20,000 nt of DNA from Catajapyx aquilonaris (lineage: Eukaryota). The translations under genes were made by a program, and so were the position numbers. The stretch lies in NCBI GenBank assembly GCA_000934665.2, contig KZ538469.1, positions 47,857-67,856 on the forward strand. Reading direction: 5' to 3'. The notes beneath the pieces were generated by a model. It was not told the origin of the DNA. It searched no databases and saw nothing but the letters and a program-made list of their open reading frames with translations. Shown piece by piece: positions 10,801-20,000 of the stretch (the first letter of the stretch is position 1; each line of letters begins with the position of its first letter).

Positions 10801-13769
10801 TTCTTCATCGAGCAGTTATGGGCTCGTTCAACCCTATTTGCCGAATAAGCGCAAATCGTAAAATGTGCATAGTTTTGACCCAGTTATTTTTAAGAGTGTA
10901 CAAAGTTGTTGATCTGCTCCGTCGCGTGGCGCCCTGGCCTCATAAAAGACGATCATATAGCTTCTAAAGCAGATTTGAAGTTCGGGCGCACTTCCAACTT
11001 AGCACTATATCCAGGGTGAGAAACCTAGTTTGCATACTGTACCCTGGTACTGTCTATATAGCTAATAGTAACTGATTTATAAGTAAATGCTGATCACCTA
11101 CAACAATGATTTGGTTCCAGATTGATACTATAGGTATAGATGCTCACTGATACAGTATAACCTAAATTGACCTTATGCACACGGCACTTCATTGTGACAA
11201 CATCCATCGCGCAATTATATCCAAGTTAATAATAAACCTTTCCACATACTACTCGTGTGCACATACGCTACGTCCATCTATAACAATAACGTGGTTGGAG
11301 AGAGAGAGAAAAAAATAACTATAGCTACATGTCCTGCGCCGCAATATACATTTCCTCGAGACCCACTGGGCTCTTGACAATACAGCGCAGTATGGGATCT
11401 GACGCAAACTTTTTATCTCCCAAGCTGAGATAGCTGGAAAGGGTCATTCGGGGGCACCCTTTCGTGCCTTAGAAAAGAAGCCATCCAGAGTCCCTCTCGT
11501 TGTTTTCGCCAACATCGTCCTCCTCTAGCAGCCTTGACTTTTCTGTTTGCAACACAAAAGAGGGGCATCGGCAGTTCCTTCGCTGTAGGAATCGGCCATT
11601 TCTAAACCGAGGAAGATAGCCCCCCCACTCGAGGAATTACGCAACCAGCCCTTTCCGCACAAATTATACGGGGAAATGGAGGTAAAGGGGCTAGTGTAAT
11701 GTATATGCAAAGTGGTTTTGTAGTTTCTACAAAAGAAGGGGGTTTTTTTTTGGTGGACCTCGACTCTTCTTGAGCAAGTCTGGCATAATTTCCCAATTTT
11801 TTGCCTCAACGCCCATGTTATGCATGTCGTAAATAACAACAAAAAGGCCACTATTACACTGTGTTTCTTGCCCCAGATATCTCTGAAAGTGCAAGGACTC
11901 AACGGCTGCCATTTTCAAGAATATTTCTATCACATTGCTAAACATCACATCCTTACTTCAACTTCTGCAATGTCTCCTTTTTAATTTGGTGATTTTTTCT
12001 TATTTATTTGTTTATTGAGGCTTACCCTAGGAATGGAAGTTACTTAAAAACAGCTGGAGGAGGGGAAAACCCGACATCAAAAATCTAGCCAATGCAAACA
12101 CAGTGCGTATATACAGTACGTTAGTCCTGTAATTTGACGCCTCTTTCGTGCATTCGACAAGCCATTATTACACACTTGTCAAAACATGTCATCCTTCTTC
12201 CACCCTGCGATAAGCCCCCCTCTTGACTTCCTCGGACGGTCCTAATCAACATGTTGTGACGCCCAGGAAAAGACTTTCCCACTCCCCCTGCATCTTCCAA
12301 CTTCACTTAGATTACCACAAAAAAGGCAACGCTGCAGCCAATCATCAGCGAGAGAGTTCAGTGGCCAATAAGAACACATTTTCAAGCTGAAATTGACAAT
12401 TTTCCTGCCACATTTCCACCCGAAATGTTTCCAACTTAAAACGAAGGTCGAACCAGATTAGGTAACAAAACCATGTAAGAATGAGAGTTCCGTCCTTCTT
12501 GCTAATCAGCAGTTGCCTAAGGGGGAATTCCCCGCAAGCCACTAATAGTAACTCATCAAAAAAAAACTTTTCCTTAGCTCTTCTTCAACATCTTCTGAAG
12601 ATGTAAACATCAGCCTTGATCGAGGTGACCACTGGCCAACCAAGGCTTTTCCTGCACCCTATGCAAGGCCACCATTGGTATGGATCATTCTGATGGCCAG
12701 GGAAGTGAGCCCCAGCTACAGTTTCTGGACACATCCTCCACAAACTGCATTACAAAAGCTGCTCGGAATTGTGGAGGCCAAATCCCCTTTCTCTCTAATC
12801 CGCACGCTGCATAATTAAGTAAAGGTCATTTCCAGATAAACTTTCACCATCTCTCAAAAGCTTTCCTGCTGGCAAATGCCGATACTTATGTCTCCGTGAC
12901 AATTCTTCGTCAACTCGTCGCATATAAACCCTCGAGCTTGATTTATCTCCGCTGCCCAGCTTTTAGACCTTAACATCAGATTTTCGAGTCTCCCCCCCTC
13001 CGAATGTTTACAACCCTCAAGCTTTATTGTTATAGTCAATGACAATCGATTTCCACCTTGATACTTCCCGCCCGTTCCAAAACAGCGATCGAAAGTGTCG
13101 TAACAATTCCGCCGCAACCGCACCGGGCGAAGACGTTTCCGACTTTATGATAGCTATGGAAGAGATTAGTCGTTAATTCAGCCGCGCCCCCATCAAATAT
13201 TCAGCACGCATTCACCTGATCTCTACCGTACATTAATCCGGCCTGTAATTATACCTCATTGTTGTCGCTAAACGATCCCAGGCTGCGGTTAGGACCCACA
13301 GCATCAATAGGACCTATTAAATCCCTGTACTTACGGGCACAACTTCTGCGGGTCGAGAGGCAGGCAATTGAAAGCTCGCGACTTTCGACACATTCTGTAA
13401 TAGTCAACACCTTCTTTCATCCCTGGCCAAACAATGCGAATCTGCTAATTACGTGAAGCATTGGATGTCGGAATAGCCACGCCGTTTCCTAATCCTTTCG
13501 GGGGAGCGCGGGGATGGGCGAAGAGGCTTTTGTCTTACAACTTGCGTCAACGTCAATCTGTGCCGTGATAAGACAGATAGCATATATACAGGGCAGTTGC
13601 GACGATGACGTATTGTGATGTCATATAGAGGGAGGTGGCCGGCAAGGTCATTAAACGGCAGGCTCGACTTTCGTGCAAGATTGGGTTGTATCATAGAATT
13701 AGATCCACGCATACCAACGTCACCAATGATGCAAACTAGAGGTAAATATTAAATAATTCACTTTCATGG

Positions 13770-14026
13770 CATGTGGTGGAAGTCATACTTCGTGTACATA
13801 TAAAGAAAGAGAAGAAAAAAAAATATTGTGCCCATTGTTACACGAGTGGACGTAAATAAATAAATGGAAAGCAAATACCTTTTATGTGCTGTAATTTCTA
13901 ACTCTGACATGTGGAAGTCAACCTTTGCATGCATACAGAGAAAAATCATTATTGTGCCCCATGTTGGATAAAATTACTTGTTGCGTGAGTGGACGTAGAA
14001 TAAATAAGTAAATAGAAAGGCAAAAT
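13770..14026. repeat. Degenerate tandem duplication (copies ~13770-13876 and ~13908-14026)
   Basis: Shared blocks in the same order: GTGGAAGTCA, TATTGTGCCC, GAGTGGACGTA, AATAAATAA, TAAAT(G/A)GAAAG. Confidence 0.85.
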
Positions 14027-16302
14027 GCATATTTTTTTTTGAAAATTTTCTCACTCTGTTACGCTCATGCTTCTAGTGTCACTTTCAAATTGCAGGAAAC
14101 AAAAATGTGGAAAATTATTTTAGCTTGGTCAAGTTGGACTCTGATTTTTGCTTTATCTAGGTTCGGCTTCTCACTTTTTTTTTTTGTTGCCACACGTAAA
14201 CTTTCAAAATCAACTGTTATGTCGTATATTGTACAACGACACGTACATATATTCGTTGACAAGATTCGCCTAAATAAATTACATAAGCAACAACATTAAA
14301 AGTTGATAGTAATGGAATTAATGGCACATCAATTTGTTAGTCCCAAACAACCTTATTCATGCAACTCCTTCTGTAATATTGAGAACTTGACGATGCATCA
14401 CCTTGTACTGTACATTCTAGTTGCATATACCCAGACTTTTGGATCGAATATCTAGGCTATCATTCTAGTGCATGATCCAGATATAATCATGACTTATCAA
14501 GCGGTCGCGTCAGGGCCTCGCAAAAAAAAAAAAAAAATCGCTTTTGCATAATTTGCGCCATTTTACACATAACCAAGTATGTGTGCACTAACACCATCAG
14601 TCCGGTGCGTAACTACCCGTCCTTCGCCCCAAACGCAAACAACCATACAGTACGTAACCATCAATTAATCGTCCCCATCCAAATACTCCAAAAACCGTGC
14701 ATACATGTGTGAGTATGGGTATATAAACACCCCCCACAACTGGTCATCCCTGGCTTGCACTTGGCCCCCAAACCAAAATCCCCCTCAGCTCCCATCCCTA
14801 ACACAGGGGGACGGTCTTCAGACCCCCAGACATAAAAGAAAAAGAGGGGACCCTTTTGACCAGCTGCCCCAGACTTGCTCGCAGACTTCGCAGGAAAAAG
14901 GTGGGGAGGAAACCCCACACACATACGGTGGCCATATTTGTCTGTAAAGTTTAATAAGAAATACCCTGATTTTTAAATATGTTTTGTGACATTAAACACT
15001 AATGGCACGCAATTATTAAAACAGAAACACCTACTCTCTGTTGGCTGCAAAAAAATAGAGAGATGAGAGGGGGACATGGGCATTGATTTCCCACCACTTG
15101 CAGCATGTAAAATCGGGTGCCTACGGTCACATATGAAGGATTTGCATACATAATGCATCGTAATAGTTGGGGACCGCGCAGATTGTGCACGTAGCGTCTG
15201 TAATCAAATCACCCGGAACCGAATTCTCCGAAATTAAAATTTTCGCCCCAGTTTTATTCCGGGAGGGCTATGGAAAAGTAGGGGGGGTAATGTTGTAATC
15301 CCTCCCAAACAAGATTTGGCCCGATCATACCGGATTAATACGTTTGTGAATAACACTGTTATGGATTCCGAAAAAAAAACCCTGGGACAAGATGACTAAT
15401 TTTTAACCGACGTGCTTCTGCTTTCGTTATTAGTGGGAGCTCTTGATGTGAGCAACTGGAGTGAATTACAAAGTGTTTCGAACCGGGCTTAATTTTTTTG
15501 GATGGGACCAATTTTCGGTGGATAAGAGCTCGCCTTTTTTTTGCGAGCTGAATAATGCAGGCAAATTTTTTTTTTTTTGCTCCCATCATACACCAACTGT
15601 AATCCGGTGCAAGACTTTATCTGAGAGGATTTCGTATGACATATGCATGAATAGATTACAATAATCGTACGAAGGGGGAACTAATGGGTGGTGATGCTAG
15701 TGCAAATATACAGATTACAACGTACAAAACATGTGGCATATTCATAAAGCAGATTAATTGCAATTAATATGCGCAATGTATTAATAATAACCTGAAGAGC
15801 TACGACTCGATTTTCCCTCTGTAGTGAGATGGATTCAAGCGTCCTGTGCCAACGTAACTGATTATGCAACATTTACAGTGCTCGCAAACAATGGATTGGC
15901 TGAATTTTTATTCATTATTTGCGCGTTTCAGGGTCATGGTTCGGACATAAAGCGTCACGTTTGACGCAAAGTGCGCCAGAGTTAAAAACTTGAAAGATTT
16001 TATTTAAGTTAATGGAGTAACATAGATAGGGGCCAATGTGATGGTCAGTTAATGTGAGTTGCAATGGAAAAAATATTTTCATAAGCAGAATTTTTTGACT
16101 GTGCCCGTATAACATGTGTTAACCGCAGGGCTTCTACTTTGCATTAATTAAGACCCTTGTCTGTAGTATGGAAATGTTATCTTAACTCTTGATCTCTGAG
16201 AGGCTGGAGTTGATGAGATTCTTTTTTTGAAGGCCTCGCATGTGTGACACGTTTAATTAACCTGACCCTAGGTGGTAATACCCTCGATAATTAAATATCA
16301 TA

Positions 16303-16329
16303 ACACACACACACACAGACACACACACA
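16303..16329. repeat. Interrupted (CA)n microsatellite, reading (UG)n on the mastermind sense strand
   Basis: acacacacacacacagacacacacaca. Confidence 0.9.
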
Positions 16330-16828
16330 TATATGCTACATGGAATTGGCATCCACTGATTCATGTCACTGAAGCATGCCCTTTTAATTTTTAATGCAAC
16401 TCCCTTCAAGGTTGTGCAATTTACTGTACTGACGAGCGAGTACAATTTGCATTGAGCATCCGGCAGGCCAAGCTCATGAAAAGAGTATAGTCATTCACAA
16501 GAATCAATCCCACACTTTTCATAAATAATTAAGCGGCCCTAATTTTTTGGGGGGTGCACCGTATTATGGCTGCCCCTTCCCCCCTGACAATTCCATAGAG
16601 ACTTGGCAATCTCATGACAGTGATTCACAAGTACAATAACCTTAACCCCTCCTTCCAACCAGCCATGTTAACATGTGCACTCTTGGCAACGCTTAAAAGA
16701 TCTGACTTGGTGAGTCAACTTGATTGCTCATATTCATGATATCTGGAATCTGATGCTGCTCAGGTTCTGTGTACCTGCTGCCAGATCTGGCAACATGCAA
16801 ACGGTGAGTCGCAAAGGCTGACACTCAC

Positions 16829-17092
16829 CGACATGACCGTGTTCTGCATGCTGCCCATCCCTCCGCCTGAGTCTTGCTTCTTCTCTGACTTCTTGGCCGC
16901 CTTCTTCGCTTTGGCTTCAAGAAACCTCTGGCGCAGGACGAAGGTGTCCTGGCGCTGGTGCTCCAGGAACCCGTTGACGGTCTGGTCATAGCGGGGCAGG
17001 CAGTCGCCTTGGTGCTTCCGGTAGTTCTCTATGCGCCTCCGGAGGCGGTCCAGCACCGCTTGGCCTTTAGCATGGGGAAGCACATCCCCCAT
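16829..17092 (-). CDS. mam: Mastermind / Mastermind-like Notch co-activator, first main coding exon (88 codons; N-terminal MamL-1 basic helix)
   Basis: Translation MGDVLPHAKGQAVLDRLRRRIENYRKHQGDCLPRYDQTVNGFLEHQRQDTFVLRQRFLEAKAKKAAKK... matches the Mastermind N-terminal signature as I recall it (human MAML1 AVMERLRRRIELCRRH..C..RYE....QHTFALHQRCIQAKAKRAGK; fly Mam [25 protein letters not shown]...QKRFLESK). ATG at 17092 has strong Kozak context (AGCATGG). The exon ends at a consensus phase-0 donor TCG|GTGAGT (intron starts 16828). Confidence 0.93.
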
Positions 17093-17141
17093 GCTTTCCT
17101 CCCAGTGCGGAGGCCCCAGGGTGACACCGGTGCTAGGGAAA
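17093..17141 (-). other. 5' part of the mastermind coding exon after the predicted 3' splice acceptor
   Basis: The minus strand reads ...cacCCTCCCCTCATCTCaccattgcataaacgCAG|tttccc: a pyrimidine tract, then CAG at 17144-17142. An alternative TAG lies at 17135-17133. Confidence 0.55.
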
Positions 17142-17936
17142 CTGCGTTTATGCAATGGTGAGATGAGGGGAGGGTGTTACGTCCACTCTCAGAAATTGGC
17201 AGAGATTGTGCTTATTAGCTAAAAGTGGCATGGTGTGTTAATTGTACAGTGAAAATAGGTTTTGACAACACTGCATGCCAAGTACTGTCCACTGTTACAC
17301 ATGTAAAGATAAGTATGAGAGCCTACTTGACTGTAATATTTATGTACCACTACTGATAATGATTACAATGGCAGACAGGTATGAACATTGCTGTCAAGGT
17401 AATTTGCAATTCCTGCAATGAATCATAATTAGTGATAATTCATAAGTAATATTCAGCATTTTACAAATGATCCGACCATTCACAACTGAATTTCTATATG
17501 AATTGGGCAGGCAATTAATATCATACGTCATGAATTTCTAGCAATAACTCGAGATAATACTAATTATTAGGAGTAACTTTCATTTTAGATATCACCATTA
17601 CCCAGTGAAAATCTGCCGGATAATGCGAAAGAATTGTGAAAGCACAATAGCAGCCAGCGTAGCATTAGAGTCTGGCCGCACTGCCAAAAAATTGACCAAA
17701 TCTGCATCAAACCCTGTAACGTTATGCCACGCATTAATGTCCACTCTTAACTTGACAATACAAAAGTGTCTCAAAACTTGACAAAACTTTTTGTCAATCC
17801 CTGCAAAGCTAGATATCATTGCGACCAACTGTTAACCAAACAACAACAATGCAGGTGTGTGCAATATGACAATCGCTATGAACCGCTGACACCAAACACA
17901 CAATTACACATATTGGCCCCAATAGTTATTATTAAC

Positions 17937-18001
17937 AATGACTTCACAGTTGTCGTGTTGTGATTACTTATTAATAACAACACAACAACTGTGAAGTCAT
18001 T
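17937..18001. repeat. 65-nt inverted repeat (30-bp arms, 2 mismatches, 5-nt loop)
   Basis: AATGACTTCACAGTTGTCGTGTTGTGATTA-CTTAT-TAATAACAACACAACAACTGTGAAGTCATT. Confidence 0.93.
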
Positions 18002-18477
18002 AACGCTCAGTACCAATTAGCCAACTGCACTTCATTGTTTGGCAAACTCTTGTCAAAACTTTGCATTGGTCCACACACTCATTGTTGAGCTCAGTACAGT
18101 CAAGTACAGCAAAGTAATGCATTGTTACTAATTGTTTGGCAAACTTTGTATTGTTGAGCTTACAGTCAAGTACACACTTATACTTATAACTTTTACGCAC
18201 AACCATGCAACACTGTCAGCGCACATGCAAGTTCAACACACTGTTGACAAGTTGTCCAAAAACTTTTTTTTCCCCTCTTCCAACACAACTTTTGCCAATT
18301 TTCTGATCGCAAAACTTGTCGATTTTTAACCCCCTCCTCTCCTCTCTCTCCCTCCCCATCCCTGCCCCATTCCCTCTCTCTATAAAACACAACAGGTGGT
18401 GTGCACGGATCCGGCGGGTAGATGGGGTTAAATCTCATACGGAAAAAAAAATGCCCCAAAAGTTAAGTAAAACTCAC

Positions 18478-18700
18478 CCCTGATCCTTAAAACCGTCCGT
18501 AATTTACACGTCCTCCCAGACTAGTGTCTGGGTATCTCTGCTTTTTAATAATAATATAAAAGGGCGCTTTTATCCCTGCTCCACAGACACACACACAACA
18601 AACGAAGCGCCCCCCCAGAGCAAAAGGACCCGACCTTAACTAACTCACTCCATCCCTTCAAATGCGAGGGTCCCGCTTGAGGAAACTTTGAACCAAGAGA
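18478..18700 (-). other. Probable 5'-UTR exon of mastermind (5' end uncertain)
   Basis: Consensus donor CAGGG|GTGAGT (intron starts 18477) and a second GA|GTGAGT at 18648. Lies directly downstream of the promoter motif cluster. Confidence 0.5.
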
Positions 18701-18733
18701 AGCCCGGCTTGCACCGTCAAGTCGATCTGGCAG

Positions 18734-18960
18734 TGCGCATGCGTGCCCATCCGTGATTGGCTGGCTGGATGCGACTTGCAGATGTAAACGGCCAGGACGG
18801 CGACTGTGTAGGAAACTGGGGAGCGGCGAGTATTTATATCGAGCGTCCAGTTCCAATCTGGATCTACCCAACAGCTGGCTGAGTACTAGCTGCTCCCCTT
18901 GGATTAGTGGCGACATCTGGCAACTGAGCTTGTAAGCAGAAGTTGGAGCAAGATGGCGGC
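18734..18960. promoter_or_regulatory. Probable bidirectional promoter: NRF1-like TGCGCATGCGTG (18734-18745), CCAAT box TGATTGGCTG (18754-18763), TATAAATA on minus strand (18838-18831), YY1 CAAGATGGCGGC (18949-18960)
   Basis: Motifs read directly from the sequence. The region is CpG-rich and lies between two divergent first-exon/donor structures. Confidence 0.65.
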
Positions 18961-19058
18961 GTCCATGTGTTCTGGATTTGCACGATCTGCCCGGTGTTTT
19001 TCAGGGTTTGGACAGGTTACGGGACGTTTTATTCCCGGATTCGGACAGGTTGGAGCTG
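18953..19058 (+). CDS. Putative first coding exon of a divergent gene, possibly a mitochondrial protein (MAASMCSGFARSARCFSGFGQVTGRFIPGFGQVGA + 1 nt)
   Basis: AAGATGGCGG strong Kozak/YY1 start. The 35 codons are rich in A/S/R/G/F with no acidic residue. Ends at a consensus donor CTG|GTGAGT (19059), with an in-frame TAG just inside the intron. No homology recognised. Confidence 0.5.
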
Positions 19059-19338
19059 GTGAGTAGCTGGGTGGATCCACACCGTTGCGTTTTGGAGCCG
19101 GGGACGTGTAGAATGGCCTGGATTGGGTGCATGCGGGTTCTAGAAGGAGCGGGAAAATTCGGCGGGGAGGGGGGGGGGGGGGTTGACGTCATGAATGTAC
19201 TTATTGCATGTATGAGCCGGTATGAGCTGACGAGTCATACCAATACAGTATGAATAATGAATATTTTGATCTGATTGGGTATCACCATGGTGGCATGCTG
19301 GAAATCAGTAGTGCCAACATCGATGAACTGTCAGGCAA

Positions 19339-19572
19339 CAAGTACCAACAGTAAATTATTTTCATGACACAAGTACCAACAGTAAAGAATTGTCATGACA
19401 CAAGTACCAACAGTAAAGAATTGTCATGACACAAGTACCAACAGTAAAGAATTGTCATGAAGCAAGTACCAACAGTAAAGAATTGTCATGACACAAGTGC
19501 CAACAGTAAAGAATTGTCATGAAACAAGTACCAACAGTAAAGAATTGTCATGACACAAGTACCAACATTAAA
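19339..19572. repeat. 31-bp minisatellite, 7 full units plus a partial one (CAAGTACCAACAGTAAAGAATTGTCATGACA)
   Basis: Unit starts at 19339, 19370, 19401, 19432, 19463, 19494, 19525 and 19556. Near-identical head-to-tail units without spacers. A degenerate extra unit lies at about 19308-19338. Confidence 0.97.
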
Positions 19573-19671
19573 CTATTTCCCTTGGGTTACCAATTGCGTT
19601 AGAGTGTAAGCAAACTCATCTCATTCTTGAGGTTTTAGAACATAACGCCCATCTCCTCTAAAATCGAATCC

Positions 19672-19721
19672 TGATTGGTCGACTGGTAGGGGGCGGGGCT
19701 AATTATGGTTGCCAAGGACAC
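19672..19721. promoter_or_regulatory. Promoter-like motif module: CCAAT (TGATTGG 19672-19678), GC box (GGGGGCGGGGC 19689-19699), RFX X-box-like GTTGCCAAGGACAC (19708-19721)
   Basis: Three motifs within 50 bp; function unproven. Confidence 0.35.
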
Positions 19722-20000
19722 AAGCCACCTCCCAAAACTCATAAGTTAGCTTACTTCTACTATAACAAGTGCAATATGTGAAATACAACAATTTTTTACA
19801 TGCACTGTAGGATTATGGGGACTTTATATGAAATAATAAGGACATTTTGGTTAGTGCATCAGTGGCACTCCTTCCAAATCCTACATATTGTAGTGGACCA
19901 CTTTAATTTAGATGATTTTTGGTGGAATAAAATTTTGTTAGCAATGCAATATTATTACGTGGCTGTAATAATTTCAAAGGCCCGGTTTTTTTTTTTTTTT

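Larger units (their letters stand above)
1..16828 (-). other. Large intron following the first coding exon of mastermind (continues beyond the window)
   Basis: GTGAGT donor at 16828-16823. No ORF in 1-16800 resembles the acidic/Q-rich remainder of Mastermind. A very long intron after the N-terminal-domain exon is known for vertebrate MAML genes. Micro-exons cannot be excluded. Confidence 0.7.

Noticed and set aside
11727..11912. Minus-strand AAAATGGCAGCC start (MAAVESLHF...) as a nested gene
   Set aside because: No homology and no supporting promoter or splice donor identified; the motif is short.
17..16445. The many 60-134 aa ORFs in the intron (e.g. 3584-3988, 6349-6582, 9505-9831, 11525-11902)
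   Set aside because: No recognisable domains; low-complexity or homopolymer-driven sequence, overlapping on both strands, many with non-ATG starts; consistent with chance.
12588..16792. Short palindromes at 12588-12604, 15753-15768 and 16779-16792
   Set aside because: Arms of 7-8 bp occur by chance at this scale; no independent support.
16760..17155. The 131-aa ORF as a complete intronless gene
   Set aside because: The track start at 17155 is a non-ATG codon upstream of the predicted acceptor. Homology stops near a consensus donor at 16828, and full-length Mastermind proteins are far longer.
13844..17188. GAGTGGACGTA(A) at 13844 and 13987 complementary to 17177-17188, flanking the coding exon (exon looping or circRNA)
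   Set aside because: Several 11-12-bp inverted matches are expected by chance across 20 kb, and the two intronic copies come from one duplication.
19339..19572. 31-bp repeats as a CRISPR array
   Set aside because: Units are head-to-tail with no unique spacers, there are no cas genes, and the context is an animal intron.

Overview
Eukaryotic (animal, probably invertebrate) genomic DNA, almost all non-coding. The only protein-coding segment I recognise confidently is a minus-strand exon (17092-16829). It encodes the N-terminal CSL/Notch-ICD-binding helix of a Mastermind (Mam/MAML) Notch co-activator. Everything from 16828 down to base 1 appears to be one long intron, holding two MITE-like elements, near-perfect palindromes, a local duplication, a CpG-rich patch around a 52-N gap and candidate enhancer motif clusters. 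Upstream lie a ~1.3 kb 5'-UTR intron with nested long-range self-complementarity, a probable 5'-UTR exon and a compact promoter (NRF1, CCAAT, TATA-like, YY1). That promoter seems to be shared head-to-head with a plus-strand gene whose first exon looks like a mitochondrial presequence, followed by a 31-bp minisatellite. The most interesting hypothesis is a possible natural dominant-negative Mastermind isoform: the exon's 5' splice site sits in a hairpin, and read-through gives a short stop-terminated ORF followed by a poly(A)-like cassette. All regulatory and isoform claims are inferences from sequence and need expression data.
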